Source: Amoebophrya sp. A120 (taxonomy: Eukaryota > Protista > Dinoflagellata). From it: a stretch of 64,000 nucleotides of DNA. The position numbers and the translations under genes are program-made. Location: positions 1 to 64,000 of the forward strand of contig CAJINV010000003.1 in NCBI GenBank assembly GCA_905178155.1, given 5' to 3'. The notes under the pieces are model-generated. The model was not told the origin of the DNA and ran no database searches. It was given only the letters and a program-made list of their open reading frames with translations. Position 1 is the first letter of the stretch, and each line of letters begins with the position of its first letter. Shown here piece by piece: positions 47,301-61,657 of the stretch.

Positions 47301-48451
47301 CACTAGAATTATCTGGCGAAATTTGTATTGCAGAAAGCGGAACGCTCTGCGAGTCTCTCATGCTCATCATGCAACACAAATCCCAGATTATCTATTGTCA
47401 CGTTTGAGATGGTAACCGATTTGAGGAGGTCATAGCACGAAGATGCGGGCGTACCGTCGCCGCGTGCAGCACGCGCTCGCGCTGCAGACCCGCCTCAGTG
47501 GAGAAGTATATATTCATATCTTCTTAATTCTTGCAGACTTTTTATTTGAGGAACTTATTCTTTTTCTTGCGTATTAGTGCATAACCCCAAACCTCCGAAC
47601 GGCCTAGCATAGTAGGTCTACTACGTGAACAAGGTGAACGTAGGGCTACTTCTATGTCCGAGAATGTGAAGATTCCACTGGTCAATGTAGCAGAAGAAAA
47701 TGTGGATCATATCTCCCCCCCCGCGAAAAAAAAAAATATAGGTGCAGGAAGAGTTCTACTTTCAGCTAGCGCTGATCGACGAGTTGCGGAGCCGCGCCGT
47801 GGGAGAGTACCTGCAAGAGTGCCAGCAGGAGTTGGACGAGGCCGACTCAGATTCCGACAGCAGCAGCAACCCGTGGGAGCACCTAACGCCGGACCAGGAG
47901 GAGGAACTGCAAAAAATGCTGGACGGCTGTTCGGACCGCACCAAGCTCTCCTGCCTGCGCCGCAGCTGGCGCAGGTTTTGGGCGTGCGGGACCGCCCCGA
48001 CGAAGGCCGCGGACGGCGAGCACAACTTCTACACGCTGCAGCAGGATTTGTATCCAGTGGACACTTGCGCCCTGGGCTGCGATGAGAATGGTATTAGGAT
48101 GATAGATCACCGGTTTTTTACTTGCATTTTGATTTTGCACTTCGTGTGGTGTTGGGTACAATTCTTCTCATTCGATCAATTTACTTGTTTCGCCCCCTGG
48201 GCACTTGCTGTTTTGTTCACGTACGCCGCTTACTTACTTTTGGAGAAGTGATGAAACTTCTATCGATTCGACAAAACGACCTTCTAGGTGGTGAGTGTGG
48301 GCCGCAAAAGGATGATGGTTCGGAGCTGGTGTGGGCCGGGGAAAAGAGTCCGCTCAGCATGCTTGCCAAGGTCCGGGCAAAGGAAACCCTGGCGACGCTG
48401 GACCTCATCGAGAAGGCACTGGATACGCCAGACGACGCAGCGATGGAGTAA
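44396..48451 (+). CDS. Hypothetical membrane protein, multi-exon (GT-AG introns plus three introners)
   Basis: Signal-like MLRHSFFFGGLSAVVSSASFVWG; hydrophobic exon ~45490-45693; excisions give LQTLKRKYGELE, KVVRDNLRKW and ELRTKMRAY; GT donors at ~45298, 45694, 46681; some acceptors approximate. Confidence 0.6.
46015..46274. mobile_element. Introner family A
   Basis: Flanks agaga/ataga. Confidence 0.88.
46327..46584. mobile_element. Introner family A (opposite orientation to 30779 copy)
   Basis: Flanks gtgcg/gtgcg. Confidence 0.92.
47171..47434. mobile_element. Introner family G (TIR TATRACCTnCTCA..GTTACnATCTCAAACG)
   Basis: tataacctgctcaggtgttacaatctcaaacg ... cgtttgagatggtaaccgatttgaggaggtcata; flanks gcacg/gcacg. 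Confidence 0.9.
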
Positions 48452-49123
48452 ACGCAGACGTCGCTCGCATCATGAACGTTGTCACGAGGGGCGGTCCGCC
48501 TCGCAATGAAGATGTGTTTCAACAAAACCTGCTGAATGAAAGGATATCTCAAGTTTATCGCGTTTCTGTTTTGTACCTGGTCCTGATACTTTGTTTAGAG
48601 AATGTTTTTCTAAGTAAGAGACGTTTACTTTATTCAGCAAGTTTTACCGAGAATAAGTGATTAGACCCGCAGGAGACATGGGTCCTGCAACCTACTGCGA
48701 AACTTTTCAAAATACGTCTGCTTTTCAGAATATTAGGTTTTACGCCTGCTTTTCTGTAATCCGAAAGTTGAGCGTAAAACAAAACCGATTTATTTCGCAA
48801 GCACCAGAGGAATTTATTCAGAGAGATCGAAACACGTAGCACTCGTCAAGGTTCGTTGTACAGAGGTTTTTTATCAAATTTGAGAACACAGACAAGGAGA
48901 ACTCCCCTTAGCCAGATCGATTATTTCTCAGCCAAGATTTGTCCATCCACGTTGCGCAATTATACTTACTTTCGAAAACGCGGATAGAGGTTGATGCTGC
49001 TCGGAGACGTTCGATGCAGAGAAATCGAACTTCGAAAGCTGTGCAGCTTTTGCTGCTCGATAGTACGAAGGTCTGTTTGTTCGTCACAACTCGCCTCGCT
49101 TCGAAGAAGATCTCGATCGCTTC

Positions 49124-52100
49124 TTGCATCTCGCTCGATCTTCCTGCTTGTCTGCTTTGGAAGCAGGCAAAAGTAAAATTTGTAGGGACGTCGGATCGAC
49201 GCAATATTTTCGATACCGACGAACAAAAATTGCAAGTGCACGTTCATGCGGTGGACTCGACGAGTGGTTCTGCTGGTGCTGCCGCCCTCCACGAAAAAAT
49301 AAAGATCATCTGTCACACGATCGAAATATGTGGGCATCCGAGCGTGAAAGTTGGCTGCAGCAGCTGCTCGAGAGTTGCAATTTCAGTTCTCCGAGGGCGA
49401 CCGCCTCCGCCGCTAGCACAAAGCTGCATTTTCTTGGCGGCCATTCGAAGACCAGTTTTGCGGACGCGAACGACAAAGCTCCGGAGGTCTCGGAAGACGC
49501 CAACAACAATGCGAACGATGTTGGCCCCCTGGTCCGAGACGATCCGTCCGTGCGATACTTAAATTTCACCCATGATGCAGAAAAACCGTTTTCCGGGCGG
49601 TACCATGCGACGAAAAAGCCGGTGGATGCTGCCGTGGACCCAACGCGTGGAGCCAAAATGAACGGTCCCCCTGGTGGTCCCGCCGAAAATAGCAGTTCGA
49701 AAAATGCAGCGCAAACCTGGGAAGGCCCGGAGGGGAAGGATCGCAAGATGCGGTGCACGGTCGAGCGACGCAAGAAGAAGGAGGTGCTGCGGCGGATGCG
49801 GACGGAAGCCAGGCCATCCACTTACCGGTGGCACTGCACGGAGCTGCAACCGCCGAACACCTCGGGGTCCCGGCCGGTCGAGACGGTGTTCGTCGGTATC
49901 AAAAGGAAAAATCCCCCCTCCCCATATCGAAAAGGAAACTTGTGATGCTGGATTTGCGTACACAAATCAGATCTGTATTGCTGGAGAGGACTGTAGGCAT
50001 ATGCCAAGCCTGAAGCGGAAGGCGTTGACGTAGGCGACTAGCATGACAAACGTCTATGCTGTAAGCCTAGCAGCATCACAAACCGCCTGCATAAAGAGGC
50101 GGACTCTCTGGCTTTGCGTTCTTGCACGACAGACAGGATTTGTGGCCACAAATCTGCATCAGAAATTTTCGGAAGGATGCGCTTTCAATATGGGGAGGGG
50201 GGATCTTTCGTTACAATAGTCGGACCGCCCTTCCGCCACGACCGCGAAGTCTACTTGCGAGTCCCTCTGGCCCGGGACACGACCTCCAGCGCGAAGAACA
50301 ACGACCAAGCTTCCGGAGGATTGCAGACCCGGATCCGGGACGGGGGTGCTCTCGTCGTCGAGTCCAGCGTCTGCCGGGATGCGGAGCGCCGCGCGGTGCA
50401 GCGCGGTTGTGTGGACGTGCAGCAAGAGGAACAAACCCCCGTAGGGCAAATAAATTCTGCTGCAGAGGGCCACGAGGTAAATACCGTGGCCGAACCGTGC
50501 CTGAACTTGTCCAGTTGCCCGACCGCAAGCCTGCGTCCGGCATTGCAGCAGGCCGCGGAGGAGAGCAAGGGGCGGTGCGTCGTGGACGATTTGGAGGTGG
50601 AGGACGTCAGCGTGGATCCACGCATATTGCGAGGAAAAATCCCCCCTCCCCATATTGAAAGCGCATCCTTCTGAGCATTTGTGATGCAGATTTGGGACCA
50701 CCAATCGGGTCTGTCTTGCAAGCAGGCGCATTCACGCTGTCCACCACGTTATGCAGGCGATTTGTAATGCTGTAAGGCCTACAGGGTAGCCGTCTACCAT
50801 GCTAGGCGCCTACAAGACAAGGCCCCGGCCTAGGCTTAGGATCTGCGTGCAGTTCTCTACTGCAACACAAATCTGATTTGTGTATCCGGATCCAGCATCA
50901 GAAGTTTCGTTTTGATCTGGTGAGGGGGTATTTTTCCTTTCAATAACACACGCTCGAAATTCTCGACGGCCCGCGACTCAAGCCGGGATTTCTCGACCCC
51001 GCTTTCGACCAGGGCATCCTGCGCGAGCCGTGGGAAAGTGAGGACCTGGCGTTCGAAACGCCCGGGACGAAGCGGAAGTTTGTCGTGCGGCTCGGCCACA
51101 ACCCCAACTACCTGCGGAATTCCCAGTGGCTCCAGAACTTTTTGGAGGGGGAACGGAAAGCAAACGGGTCGCAGGCGTCCGCCGCGAAAGGGCTGGGCGG
51201 GCAATACGCGTGTAGCCCCAATACGGAGTACCAAGTGGATACCGCAAACGCCGGCTTCTACCCGGACCTGCCGCCCACACCCTTCGCGCCGCGGGAGGTT
51301 TCCCGTCCGGTTCTGCGACACGACGTTTTGGTGGAGAGAGGGTGGTTGGATCACAAGGACCCTTTTTTGGAGCAGGGGCGCGGTGGGGAAGGCGTTGTTT
51401 CTGCGTTCGACGCTGAGGTTCGCATGAAGTCTGCTTTTCTGCAAGTCGCTGGTAGTGCTCCTGCGCGTGGAAAAAATTTCAACGAAGTAGGTTTTGCCGA
51501 CACTAAGGATCATGAAGCAGGAGCAGCGCCTTCTGGACCTGCGGTCCTCTCGCAGCAAGGAACCAAGAGCGCGAACAAAGTGACGAATCTCGTCGGTGGC
51601 AGTAGAAAAAGACACCGCGGAGTGCTGCACCCCGCCCTGGCTTCGAATTTTTACGCAAGAACTTCGTTCTACCTGGACTGCAGCACGCTCCCGGCCTCCG
51701 CGACCGTGAGCACCTCGAAAAAGACGCCCTTCGACGAAACACAGCAGGCGGAGGAGGAGGAAAAGCGGTTCCAGCACCTGGCGCCCACCGCGGCCGACGG
51801 TATTTTGCAGCCGATAAACACCGGCCGCGAGGTGCGCAAGACCGCGCGGGAGTCCTTCTTTGGGTGGAACGTGCAGGACGAAGACCAGGAAGACAAAAAG
51901 GACGCGTACGGGCTAAACCACCGGCCCTTTTGCGCCTGGTTCCGCGACTTCTTCCGGGAAAACAAGTCCTTCACGAAGAGCGAACGGAAAAACTTCACGC
52001 CGCAAACCTGCCAGGGAAACCGGCTATTGCTCGTGCACGAGAACCCCGATATGTGGTACCGGTGCTGTCTGCGGTCCAGCAAGTCGGGTTTCTTCTCCGG

Positions 52101-52902
52101 CTTTTTCCGGGACAGCCGTCCTTACGAGTGGAGCCGGGCGGTGAACGAGGCCAACGAGTCCGCGGTCGGCGGTCCCGGGGGCGCGGATTTGCGTCCGGTG
52201 CTTGATTGCGAGCACGTGTCGGCTACGGTGCCATTGTCCGCGTCGGAGTCGATACGGGCCTCGATGAAAAAGACGCCCGACAAAAGCATGCTGGCAAACA
52301 TCAAGTCCTATTTCGACAACGAGCAGGAAACCGCCGAGAAAGCCGCCGCGGCCCACGCCGCCGCGGTTGAAGACGCGAAGTCCGTGCAGGAGCGGTTGGC
52401 GTGCCTGGAAACGAGGTACCCGACCGAAGCCAAGCTGCGGGGGTGCGGGGACCCCTTGGCCGGGACGCAGGTGCCCTGCAACTTCGTGGACGGGCTGTGT
52501 GTGCAGGCTAGCAAATTCGAGAGCTTCGTTCAGGAGGGGCCGAGCAAGAAGCAAGTGGAGCCCAAAGCGTGCGTTCGGCTCGGGGCGCCGGGGGAGATGC
52601 GGCCGCTGTACCGTCGCGGAAAAGTGCAAATGTCGCGGGCTTTCACCTACTGGTTTCCGAAGGCCGACCAGGCGAAAGCGCGCTGCGGCCCGGGGTCGCC
52701 GGGACTGCAAGCCTTCCGAGACGCGCAGACCGCACTTCCTGCTTCGGCAGACCAAAGTTCTTCACAGCGGCTCTTCCCCGGGGGACCGCTGGAGCCGGTG
52801 AACTTTGCGAAAAGACTAAAGCTCTACGAGAGGTGGCCGCCGGAAACTGTCACGCAGCCACAAGAGTACGCCGCCGGGGCCTATGACGTTGTGTTTTTAT
52901 GA
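49124..52902 (+). CDS. Hypothetical Cys-containing protein with two family D introners (start uncertain)
   Basis: Excisions give VFVGPPFRHD and VDPRTLEILDG, joining three ORFs into the frame of the 605-aa ORF 51085-52902. Confidence 0.7.
49897..50218. mobile_element. Introner family D
   Basis: Flanks gtcgg/gtcgg; 322 bp. Confidence 0.92.
50625..50945. mobile_element. Introner family D (opposite orientation to 49897 copy)
   Basis: Flanks acgca/acaca; 321 bp. Confidence 0.9.
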
Positions 52903-53582
52903 ATAGACGTTCTCTATTGGATTTCACGTCGGTAATATTCCGTTTCAGTACCGAAAATCTGTAGGATTGTGTGGATTCCGTTTCAGAAGAAAAACCGAAG
53001 CTCGCAGCTGTAAGATGGACCGGGTAGGGGTATCTCTTTTGATAACGCAGTAAAACGGTTGTATTCCGAACTCCTGTAGTGGAAATAAAGCACTTTTGTT
53101 CACGTGTTCGACAACACAAGAATCATTGATGTTGTATCGGTTGCACATAGAACGGCATGGCTATTGAACAAGACTTTTTTCGAGGTCTATTGAGACAAGC
53201 CATTCAGGTTCGATCCATAGCACGGCGGCATACGAAAAGGTGAAGATCCAGTGTCTGCTTTTTTCATTGCGCACACAAGATCGATGTTACTTTGGTACTT
53301 TCGCAGCAGCAGCAAACAAGCCCGTATTTGATCCGTCGAGGCATATAATCTAGACCGTCGATCAACACTTCGTACCTGTGAAGGCATTTTTGGTGTCCAT
53401 AGCCGTTGTGAATTGGAATAATTCATCTGAATCAAAAATAAGAATTGCGTTGACAGCTCCGCATCGGTACAACATCCACAGAATTGTTGTATACAAGTGA
53501 AGATCCTCGTTGGTATTCTGACCTCGTCTCGAGTCTAGTATACTTTCCTATTCGTTGTACTGAAAGACAGGCTCTGAAAAAA

Positions 53583-54057
53583 ATGTCGGCCTCGGCAGTG
53601 AAGCGATTTCTTCCTTTGGCGGACCGAGTTTTGGTTCAAGCCTTCAAAGCGGAAGCAAAGACAGCCACGGGCATCTACCTTCCGGAAGCAGCCAAGCAGT
53701 CTATCAACCAAGCAAAGGTACTACACGCTCATCATTCATGATTTTTTTTTACTTCATTCGTGATTTCAAAAAGCGGCTCTGTCTCTTTAATCACTGTAAA
53801 GGAGGTTTTTGTTCACGTTTGCTGCATTTGCTTCTTTCGTTTTCAAACAAGAAAAAGAACAACAGGTGATTTCCGTGGGTAAGGGGCGACTCGGAGCCGA
53901 CGACAAGATTTTGCCGATGAGCGTGAAAATTGGGGACACGGTGATTATCCCGGAGTACGGCGGCATGACCATCAAGTTTGATTCCGAAGAGTACAAGTTG
54001 TTCCGGGATGACGACATCGTGGGGGTCATGGCTGAAGAAGCTTCCGCTGCCGCTTGA
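53583..54057 (+). CDS. HSP10: 10-kDa chaperonin (Hsp10/Cpn10), 2 exons: 53583-53717, 53866-54057
   Basis: RFLPLADRVLV..KTATGIYLPE..AKVISVGKG..SVKIGDTVIIPEYGG..LFRDDDIVG; one GT-AG intron. Confidence 0.97.
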
Positions 54058-55098
54058 TAAGGTCGCGTCATCTTGTTTCATCGGCGCGTTCATTTTCTCG
54101 CGCACTAACGGCGACACGACGAATTCCCTCATGGATTTCTGACCAGAACAAAATGCACAACAACGACGTCTACAGCAAACTCAACTCGGGGCAATCTTCT
54201 ACACAATGAAGCGGTTTAATATCATGATTTCGGGAGGACGACTCGTCGCTGCTGCACCGCAGGCGCAGCATCAATGTCGCATCCAAACTGATGTGACGCA
54301 ACAACATCCTCCGGGGCGGATAAGTACTGACACCTAAAGATGAAACCTGGTAAGGAGTTTCAGACCGTTTATATTCAAAAGAGTACTGATTTTTAGTACT
54401 CAAAAATATCTCCCGATGAAAAACCTTCTTGCGGTCGGGAGTCGCTTGCGTTACGACCGTCGTTCTTCTTTTTATTATGCTGGGATCTTCTTGAGAACAT
54501 GCAAATGAAAATGAATCGGCTGCATAATTGCGGTGACGGCTGTGTGCGCGGAACCGGGAAGAGGCGTCCGTTTCTTCTGTTGTACAGAACATATACGAAC
54601 GCTCTCTGTATGCTGTGTTTATTGCTTTCGCAAACGCAATCGCCGCGATCTGAACCACGATCTCCTACTGTCTCCCTCTCGGTGTCGGACTTGATGCGCT
54701 ACAATTTTGAATACTGGAAAAAGCTAAATTCGATGAACAAGGGCTGCTGGTTTGCTCTGCGCGAAAAAAGACAAAGATCAACACTGCGATGCGATCTGGC
54801 GCGGCGTGACAACATTTTTTGCTTCCTCTCGTGGCGGTTTTGCGCTTTTTTGGCTTATTTTGCAAAAAGTACTATTTCAGTACGGAAGTAGCAGTAGGAG
54901 GAATCGCCCACCATGTTGCTTTTGATCATTTGATATTGTTTAAGCAGGGTGAGAAACCACATCTACTTGAAACACAACGGCGAAAAAGTAGACATAGTCT
55001 CAACTAGTAGATCTCTGTTGTGTAGTAGAAACATTTTTCTAGCTACCACGTTCACCGATTGGTACAAGAGCAACTGACGCGAACATTCAGGTCTATAA

Positions 55099-59077
<3,979 letters not shown>

Positions 59078-59770
59078 AGATCCATCATCTCCGCTTAAGA
59101 GGCGTCTGCAGCGATAGATCTTGGCAGAGTGGATGAACAACAGGGAAAAAAATTACTTGTGTTTGGCAACACATACTAACACAGCGGGATCATTTTTGCC
59201 TCTGCATTTTTAGGCGACATCATATTGATCTTTCTTCTTTGGTGAAAATGCTGAATCAAAAGCAAAACTTGACTATGAAGAAGTGCCCACATATAGAGAT
59301 CACGCATGGCATATCGTAGCTGACGTCTTTCTTTTTCCCTTGGACGTCAGCATCGCGAAAGACGTTCTTGCCCCTTTTCATCTTAAACGAGCCGTCACGT
59401 ACTGTGTAAATGAATTTGGTACACTGTAGGCATAGGGATCAAATGACCCAAATCACAGTTGATCCACCGCCAAGATCCAAGCAAATCAGCATGAATCCAT
59501 GAAATCGATCAAGAGAGAGATGATAGAAATGACCGGCACAGCTATGACGATTGTGCCCGGCTTAGCCTGATTGCTGAACCTTTGAACTTTGTACCCCAAT
59601 GAACTCAGTGACGTGGATACTAGTAGGCGGATCAACCTAAGTAAGTTTTTTGCATTCTGAGCGTTCTTACAATCTTGAGCCAAAGAGCTAGCTAGGTTTT
59701 ACACCTCTGCACATTTATCCTTACTCGAGTAGTTTCTGTGTTTGCGCATAACTTCCACACACAACACAAA

Positions 59771-61657
59771 ATGGCCAAAGCAGATGGGAAATGGAAAATC
59801 CCGACCCTTAAGACTCAGTCTGACTGGTCTAAGTGGTCCTTCGATCTCGAGATGATCCTGGAGTCGAAGCCTGATTGGGATGGTTACCAGGGTGGTGCTA
59901 CCTCCACTACTAGCCTGACCTTCAAGGACTTCTTCGACGGGTATCGCTCGAACGATCCGGCCTTCGCCATTAATCAGATCAACCAGCATGGTGATTACCA
60001 CGAAGCGCGAGGGCGTAAGCTTTCCGCTGCCATTGTCGCCTCGTTGGATGGTGAAGCTCACGAGTGTGTTCGTGAGTTGACCGGTGCGGATGCGCGTCAT
60101 CTGTTCGCGATCCTTGACGCTCTGTACAAGAAATACGCTTCGCAGCGTACTTCCTCCCGCTTGTACTGGTTAGAGCAACTGCTGTCGCAAAAGCAGAAGC
60201 CGGGAGAGGGCGTTGGATCTTTCATCGCTAAGAAAACCAAGGCTATTCGTGAGCAATTGGAATCGAGAATCACTATTGACGAGCTGACTATCGGAGCCAT
60301 TCTGATGGGTGTGCTGCCCTCCTTCGCTCCGGTTACTTCCTCCATCTTGGCTAACGTCAAGCAGTCCACCGATGTTCAGTCGCTGATCGATGTCCTTCGG
60401 GAGTACGAGCGTGCTGCGGGGAATGGAAAGAAGGAAGAGCCTATTGCGAATGCTGCCCAGGCTCAGCAGATTAAATCCCTGCAGAGCCAGGTCAAGGCGT
60501 TGAAGGTGGAGGTCAAAAAGAAAGGCGGCAAGCCTACCCCCGTCCGTTGCTCGCACTGCCGTCGCCCTGGTCATCCGGTTGAAAAGTGTTGGGTCAAGCA
60601 CCCGCACTTGCGCCCGGCTTCCAAAGGTAGCGGAAAGGTGAATAACAAGAAGAATAAGAAGAAGCAGGAAGAAGGTGATGATGACGGTGAGGAGACTCAC
60701 TTCGTTGGCGTCGGATCCTCCAAAGACTTCGGCTGGGGAAAGAATGACGACGATGATATGTCTTCTTCCGAGTCCGCTGATGTCTGTGAGCCTGTTAAGG
60801 AAAACACTACTGGCAGCAACACTGATGAAAGTATGAATGTGAACAAGAAGGAAGAGAGTGGATTTTTGAAAAGTCCCACAGGTTGGGCGTGTTTCTACTT
60901 GTTTTTCCTTTGTGTGTTCGCTGTCTGTCAGCCCGTAGTAGCTGTTGACCCATTCTGGGAACTCGCGTTCACCAGTTTGAGAATTGTCAATGATCTGACG
61001 GTGACGAACGTGCCCGGGTTAGCGGGTTACGTGGTTCAGCCTTTGACAAATTTGACAGCTTTGAACGGTCTCGACTTCGTGACGATTGTGCCCGCAGCAG
61101 TGTGTTTCACGTTTCTGGCTTTGCTGGTCGCGTGGTCTCTGTGGGGGCGTGGTGATGTCACGCAGCCCGTAATGTGTTGTAGACCTAGAGATACTGACGT
61201 CGAGTTCAGGGCGAAAACCTTGAGGATTCCGCTTCGGGTTTCTGGTCGTAGGTTTTCCCGTAATGTGCTGGCCTGGCGTAGGCGGAAACGCTCGCCCCGG
61301 GTTGGTCATTGTTTCCTTGATTCGTCTTGTCCGCGTGTTGCTGCCGGCCTGGCCGCGCACACGACGTTCAAGCGAAGTCAAGTTTGTGGAGCTGAAGCCC
61401 CTAGTGGTGCAGGCGTCCACATGGTCAATAAGGTGATGGGCAGGAAGTCACATAAGAAGCTGCAGAAGCTGCGGCTGATTGTGGACAGTGGCGCAAGTCA
61501 TAACATGTTCCCAGATCCTGACTTGTTTGAAAGTTTCACGGGCGAAGCGGTCACCCTGAACACTGCTGACGGACCGTGCAAGGAAGTGGCCCAGTATGGA
61601 GTTCTTAAAAGCCTAACAGCCTCGGAATTCGCACTGGGCTCTATCATCCTTCTCTGA
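59771..61657 (+). CDS. gag: Copia gag-protease ORF
   Basis: Zinc knuckle CSHCRRPGHPVEKC (~60548-60589); aspartic protease LIVDSGASHNM (~61476). Confidence 0.9.
   Translation: MAKADGKWKIPTLKTQSDWSKWSFDLEMILESKPDWDGYQGGATSTTSLTFKDFFDGYRSNDPAFAINQINQHGDYHEARGRKLSAAIVASLDGEAHECVRELTGADARHLFAILDALYKKYASQRTSSRLYWLEQLLSQKQKPGEGVGSFIAKKTKAIREQLESRITIDELTIGAILMGVLPSFAPVTSSILANVKQSTDVQSLIDVLREYERAAGNGKKEEPIANAAQAQQIKSLQSQVKALKVEVKKKGGKPTPVRCSHCRRPGHPVEKCWVKHPHLRPASKGSGKVNNKKNKKKQEEGDDDGEETHFVGVGSSKDFGWGKNDDDDMSSSESADVCEPVKENTTGSNTDESMNVNKKEESGFLKSPTGWACFYLFFLCVFAVCQPVVAVDPFWELAFTSLRIVNDLTVTNVPGLAGYVVQPLTNLTALNGLDFVTIVPAAVCFTFLALLVAWSLWGRGDVTQPVMCCRPRDTDVEFRAKTLRIPLRVSGRRFSRNVLAWRRRKRSPRVGHCFLDSSCPRVAAGLAAHTTFKRSQVCGAEAPSGAGVHMVNKVMGRKSHKKLQKLRLIVDSGASHNMFPDPDLFESFTGEAVTLNTADGPCKEVAQYGVLKSLTASEFALGSIILL

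Noticed and set aside
20347-52755. Many long antisense and alternate-frame ORFs over the large genes
   Set aside because: Shadow ORFs caused by high GC at third codon positions.
59672-59690. Primer-binding site of the copia element
   Set aside because: No clear TGG-initiated tRNA complement; cannot be assigned without the 3' LTR and tRNA set.
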